The translations under genes were made by a program, and so were the position numbers. A model generated the notes under the pieces. That model was not told where the DNA came from. It ran no database searches and was given only the letters and a program-made list of their open reading frames with translations. Shown piece by piece: positions 58,609 to 64,000 of a stretch of 64,000 nucleotides of DNA. Source of the DNA: the human T2T-CHM13v2.0 reference genome, Homo sapiens. The stretch is taken from assembly GCF_009914755.1 (NCBI RefSeq), contig NC_060936.1. One strand, 5' to 3'. The stretch's first letter is position 1, and each line of letters opens with the position of its first letter.

Positions 58609-61062
58609 TAGGGTGTGACCATCTTCTCCTCACCATATGAATCCCTTTTGTAGTGTAAGCACGCACACCTCAAATTTCTCCTTCTTTATAATCTGTCTAC
58701 CCTGCTTTCCTCCTGTCTGCCTCCAGTCTTCCTCTTCTCTCCATAAGTAAAGCGAGTGTGCCAATCACTGCGTGCTCAACTTTTTTTCCGCAAAGTTTGT
58801 AAGTAGAGAGTTAAGAAGTTCCTGAACATTAAGAATGAGAGATTGTATGAATCAATGTCTTAAATCTACAGCCAAAAAAAAAAAAAAAAAAAATGGAGTG
58901 TGAAGAATTTTGAAAAGCCGTTTATTATGAGGAGGAGGAGTAGGGAGAACAAATTAAATAAATTTCCACGGTTTTCAGAAGATCATTGTGTCTCCTACAC
59001 CCCCTTCAGTTTACAAAGCCTGGTCTTTAAACATAGAACTATTATTTTCTCTTCTTAGTTATGGGTGCAGGTTATTGGAATAAAAGAAAGATTGGATTCC
59101 TTTCAAAAGTTTTTCTGTGTTTCACATTGCTCAATTTTTTTCAGTTTACTTGATGGAATAATGAAAGCAATACACCACTTGCTATAGTATTTAAGGGAGT
59201 TTTATGTTTATAATATCTACAGGATAAAAAAGCAGTATTTGCAGGATTTTAGATCCTGCTTTCAGGTAGTAGTCATGGGATTTAATAAAAACCACGAAAT
59301 AAAAATGTATCCAGGTCCTAGTCATTAAAAATATTAAATGGTATTTTATTACTGTACTATCAGAGTTTATCAACCAAATCCAATTCAGTCTGTATCATAG
59401 AATCATCTGTTTTAATTTCGTAGCTCCAAATATGTGCCAGAGGGCTGCGTTGGACTGACATATTATTACTGATAAAAATGTTGAAAAGTAAACATGGCAA
59501 CTTCTGTAGAATTATTTAAATCAATTTGCAAAAATGAGGCCAAAATGTAAATAGATTTTTTAACATTTAAATATCATGAATATTTGGATGAGATATTACA
59601 ATGAAGAGTTTTGAAGTCATAATTAACTGCTAGAAGGAAAACAAAGTAAGCTCAGGGTAATGGTTAATGTATGACCCTTTTATATAAAAAATGCTACTTC
59701 TGTATGCAAGATCTGTGTGTTGTGTGGTGAGGAGGAGGCAGATGTTAAGAACACTGAGACATTTGAGCTTTTAATGACTAAACATACTGTCAAATGTCAA
59801 TGTCTGCATAAACTTCTTCCCTCCCTCAAGTCATAAATAATAAAATCTCCATCTCTATTATATATAAATCTAGTGAGTAAGGCAATACTGATGTGTGAAA
59901 ATAAAGCCAGTAGAGAAATCAGAAGAAGACAATGGCAGATAACTATTCACTGGGTCCCAAAGCAAACCTACATTTCTCAGTTTCATGAGGATGTAGTAGA
60001 TTGGTACGATTGTATTAAATCACCATTTGCCAGGAGTTACTTCTATGTCTGCCCAATGCTGTATTTGCATATAAAGAATATAAAACAGACCACATAATTT
60101 TGCATTGTCTGTCAAATGAAAGTTTCCAGCTTGTTGTTTTTGTTTTGTTTCCTCCCATTCTATTCCTAAATAAAGTTTCCAGCTTTTTATTCTGCATTTC
60201 TGGCAATGTGACCTGAGTTACTGGAATCTGTCATTTTTTTCTTTAGCCAGCAGGATTAATAGACATTACTTCATCAGGCAATATAAAATCTTAAGTGGCT
60301 AATGAAGTGTTAATCTTTTTCAGTTTCTCAGATTTTTACTGTTTGCCCCTAATAATTAGCTGGCCAGGTTTCTTCCTTCCTGCCTTTCTCCTTTTTTCCT
60401 TTTATTTGTCACTGAATTTTAATAGTCACTTCTCAAATATTATCTTCTGACACAGATGGCCTTAGAGTTAGTTATACATGTGTCTGTGCTGAACTTTTGC
60501 AGGCAGATTCACATTGACAATGTGGATCTAACTGAAGAAAGTAATACTACCCATTAATTTCTGGGCATGTGCTGACATATTTTGGAATGAAATCGATATT
60601 TTGTTTTTAAAATTTAATTGAAACTAAAATTATTTTCAAAAATATGTTTGATCTTATTTTTAATATGGTTAGTAATTAATATAGTTTCCATAGGATTCAA
60701 CGAGGCTAAGAGATCAAATTTTGTGCTGTAAAATAATCCTAGAAAGGCAGGAATTTTTCATATATGATATTTCAGGCGTTACGACAGTCAGGTTTTTGTT
60801 GCTATTAAAGTGAAGCAAATCTGATCCCCTTTTAATTTCAACCACTAGATGATGTCTTAGACCATTGGAAAATAGTGTCTCAGAATAAATTAGACCAATA
60901 TTTATGACTGAAAGTTATGAGTGACACGGCAACTTCACCTTAAGTTTGTATGATTGGTGGAGCTTCCAGCTTATGAATGACATGTATGGGAAAAATCTAA
61001 TTACGGAGGATTCTGGAACCCTAACTAATATTTTGTTTTATTATGCTTCGACATTCCTGAAG

Positions 61063-61212
61063 CTAAATAAACCTAACTCTGGCAAAAATGACGACAAAGG
61101 CAACAAGGGAAGCAGCAAACGTGAAGCTGCTACCGAAAGTGGCAAGACAGCAGTTGTTTTCTCCTTGAAGAATGAAGTTGGTGGATTGGTAAAAGCACTG
61201 AGGCTCTTTCAG
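61063..61212 (+). CDS. TPH2: TPH2 exon 2
   Basis: ctgaag|CTA to CAG|GTGAAT; LNKPNSGK...[21 protein letters not shown] (start of ACT domain). Confidence 0.97.
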
Positions 61213-63703
61213 GTGAATGTGAAATATCATTACATAATTTTAAAAGTGACCGTGTGCCTGGGTACAAACCTGTTATCTGCTATGAAACATTACTGAATCA
61301 ATTTCTGGATAATGTGGTGAAAGATTCAAAGGAACCAAACTTCGTGAGGCTTTAAAAGGGGAGTTGTCTGTCAAGCAATGAAATAAGCAGAATTGCCTAA
61401 GCTGTGGCTTATTAATGCAGAGTTAGCTGGTTAGGAACTCTGAAGACTATTGCCAGGTTAGGAGGTCAGTACTTCAAAAACGTGAGCTTCACACCTGAAA
61501 ATGAAAACACAAGAGCCAAACAGGGTATCTTAAGTAGCAAGAGCCTGCAACTTAATTTGATTTGTTCAAATTTGAATTTACACATGTCCTAGGAGCATGT
61601 TTATTATGAAAAACTGAGATACATGAATATAGGCACACGGTATTCCCCTAAGTCTCATTGTTTATGTGTCTTAATGTATCTTTTTGTGAAGATGAGTCAC
61701 TCTCCTTATATTATATATTGTTGGGGTAGCTCTTCCCTTATCTTATAGAAATGTTCATAGCATCTTCTCAGGCCCAAATCTGTAGTTTGAACCCTCAAGA
61801 AAGATCCTGGTTAGGGATGAGGCTGGAAAAGCCCAGAAAAGCTGTTGTGTTCTTGCCAGCATGTACCTAATGGTTTCTGTACCCATCAGCAAACACCCTC
61901 CCTTACAAATGCATTTTGTTTGGGGGCAGTGGCGGTTGATGAGAGCTGTTAAGATAAGGAACCTAGCTCTGCGTGATGCCTTGGGCTGCTAGTGCAGTGG
62001 AAAGATAGCTGCAATTGCAGTTAGGGGGTTCAGACCTGTGTTATCCTGGCTTGGCTAAACACTAGCTGCTACTTAGGTTCAATTTCTTTATTTGTAAAAT
62101 TGCATTAATAATTCCTACCTAACAGGATTGCTGGGACGACATAATATGAGTGAAAGTGCTTTGTAAAGTGTACAACTATGAGGCATTATTATGATGCCTC
62201 TATGATGATCGTAGCAGGGGAATTAGAAGCCTGATTTGGCAAATAATTTCTTTTTCTCTTTTGACCTCGAAGAAAGGATCAGGCACCATAAACAGTGGTA
62301 ATGGAAATCTGAGGAAATATTTTACAGACAATTATGTCATCCAAGGCTGTGTCCATACAGTGCCAACGGCAGGCCAATTCAATTAGACAGCTGGGTGCAG
62401 TGGATAAATTCCTGGAGAAGGAGTTAGCAGCCCTGAGTTTTCACTCTGCCATCAGCTAGTCACGGGGTCTTAGCTAAGCCATTTAACCCATCTGGACCTC
62501 AGTTCCCCTAAAAACATCTACTCTGCTTCAACCAAAGGTCATTAAAAGCCCAACGTGACACAATGTATGTGAAGTCTATTGGGCCTTGAACTTAATCTTA
62601 ATATTATTATCAGCCAACTGAAAAAACATGCATGATATTATTGTAAAGGTTAATAAAAACAGAAATAGGACATTTAGTTTCCTCATCACAAGACCAGTTT
62701 CTTTATATAGGAGAGGGTGCTGTTTGATTTGATACTATGCTGGCACTGGAAACTATCTATCCTGTTCCTATGCTGAAAATTCTGAGATCATCTAGGATTG
62801 CATCAGGAATTGTGTTGGTAATCACAGTGTATCATCTGGAGTGAGAAGATGTCTGCTTATTTGTAGGTGGGTTGGGATGGAGAGAACAGAGTCTTCAATT
62901 AACTTAGAGGAAATGAAGAACACATCACTGGGGGAAATTCTAACCTGATTTTTAAATATTAAATCACTGCCCTTATCTCTGAGATCCATCATAGAGTGAT
63001 AGTTGCAGCAACACATCCTTGGCTGAAGCTAGTTTGAAGATTGCCAAAAGAGAGCAATTATTAAATGATCCCATTTAGGGGTTATTATCATTATTTTTTT
63101 ACCTTTTTTTCACCCTCCTTGCAATCATCTAAGTTGTTTGTTTTCCTTTTGCCTTCAAAGATCCTGTCTTGACTACTTATCTTGCTCCTAATTCTTTTTG
63201 TACCATATGGGTTACAGTTTGGCTAGTGTTTCCCAAGCCTCAGTCATTTCCATGCCACCTCCCCAATTTCTGCTTGCCTTTTGTACTGTCTACTTATAAA
63301 AAAATTATAAAAGCTTATTTCTGAAAGGTTATTTTAAAACTTTATTTTAAAAGAAAACTTTATATTAGGGGTTTGAGTTTTAGTTATGTTTTTCAGAAAC
63401 ACATAAATCTGGATATTACATGATAATATAATAAATAATTTTTTCCCCAAATAATCACGTGCCACCTGTGGGATGTGTACCACTCTGTGGGAAATGATGA
63501 TGTTCATTTTACAGGGCCACTTTATATTTTAAATGCCCCTTCTATTTTTTTATGAGGCAGGACAACCTATACACAGAAGTATAAATATATAGATTTTTTA
63601 TTAATGGAAATAATGGTTGGAAACATTTCCAAGTTTTATTCAAAGAACAAAGAGATTGTCTCTTCCTCTTGTGTGGGTACTTGGCACCTTGCTTAAGATG
63701 TGA

Positions 63704-63994
<291 letters not shown>

Positions 63995-64000
63995 TGACAA

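Overview
Human (primate) genomic DNA, recognisable as the chr12q21.1 TBC1D15-TPH2 locus, with both genes on the + strand. Bases 1 to ~46.3 kb hold the last 15 coding exons and 3' UTR of TBC1D15, a Rab7 GTPase-activating protein. I joined these exons in frame through GT-AG junctions to the TGA at 42680-42682. After ~12 kb of repeat-rich intergenic DNA come the promoter and exons 1-3 of TPH2 (neuronal tryptophan hydroxylase). Most supplied ORFs are Alu/L1 or chance ORFs. There is no CRISPR array, rRNA or tRNA, and I cannot support a wholly new gene system. Most notable observations: (1) a 238-bp templated insertion at 6541-6778 copies the 3' end and donor of the upstream exon, carries fold-back/iterative repair scars and creates a candidate poison or recursive exon; (2) a consensus-like AluYa5 sits head-to-head 78 nt from an older Alu in the putative extended 3' UTR; (3) nested inverted Alu and L1 pairs bracket the in-frame arginine-finger exon; (4) two MER85 piggyBac MITEs occur in one gene; (5) exon phases allow an in-frame TBC1D15-TPH2 read-through fusion that would bypass the REST silencer. 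Exon numbers and repeat subfamily names come from recall and were not checked against a database.
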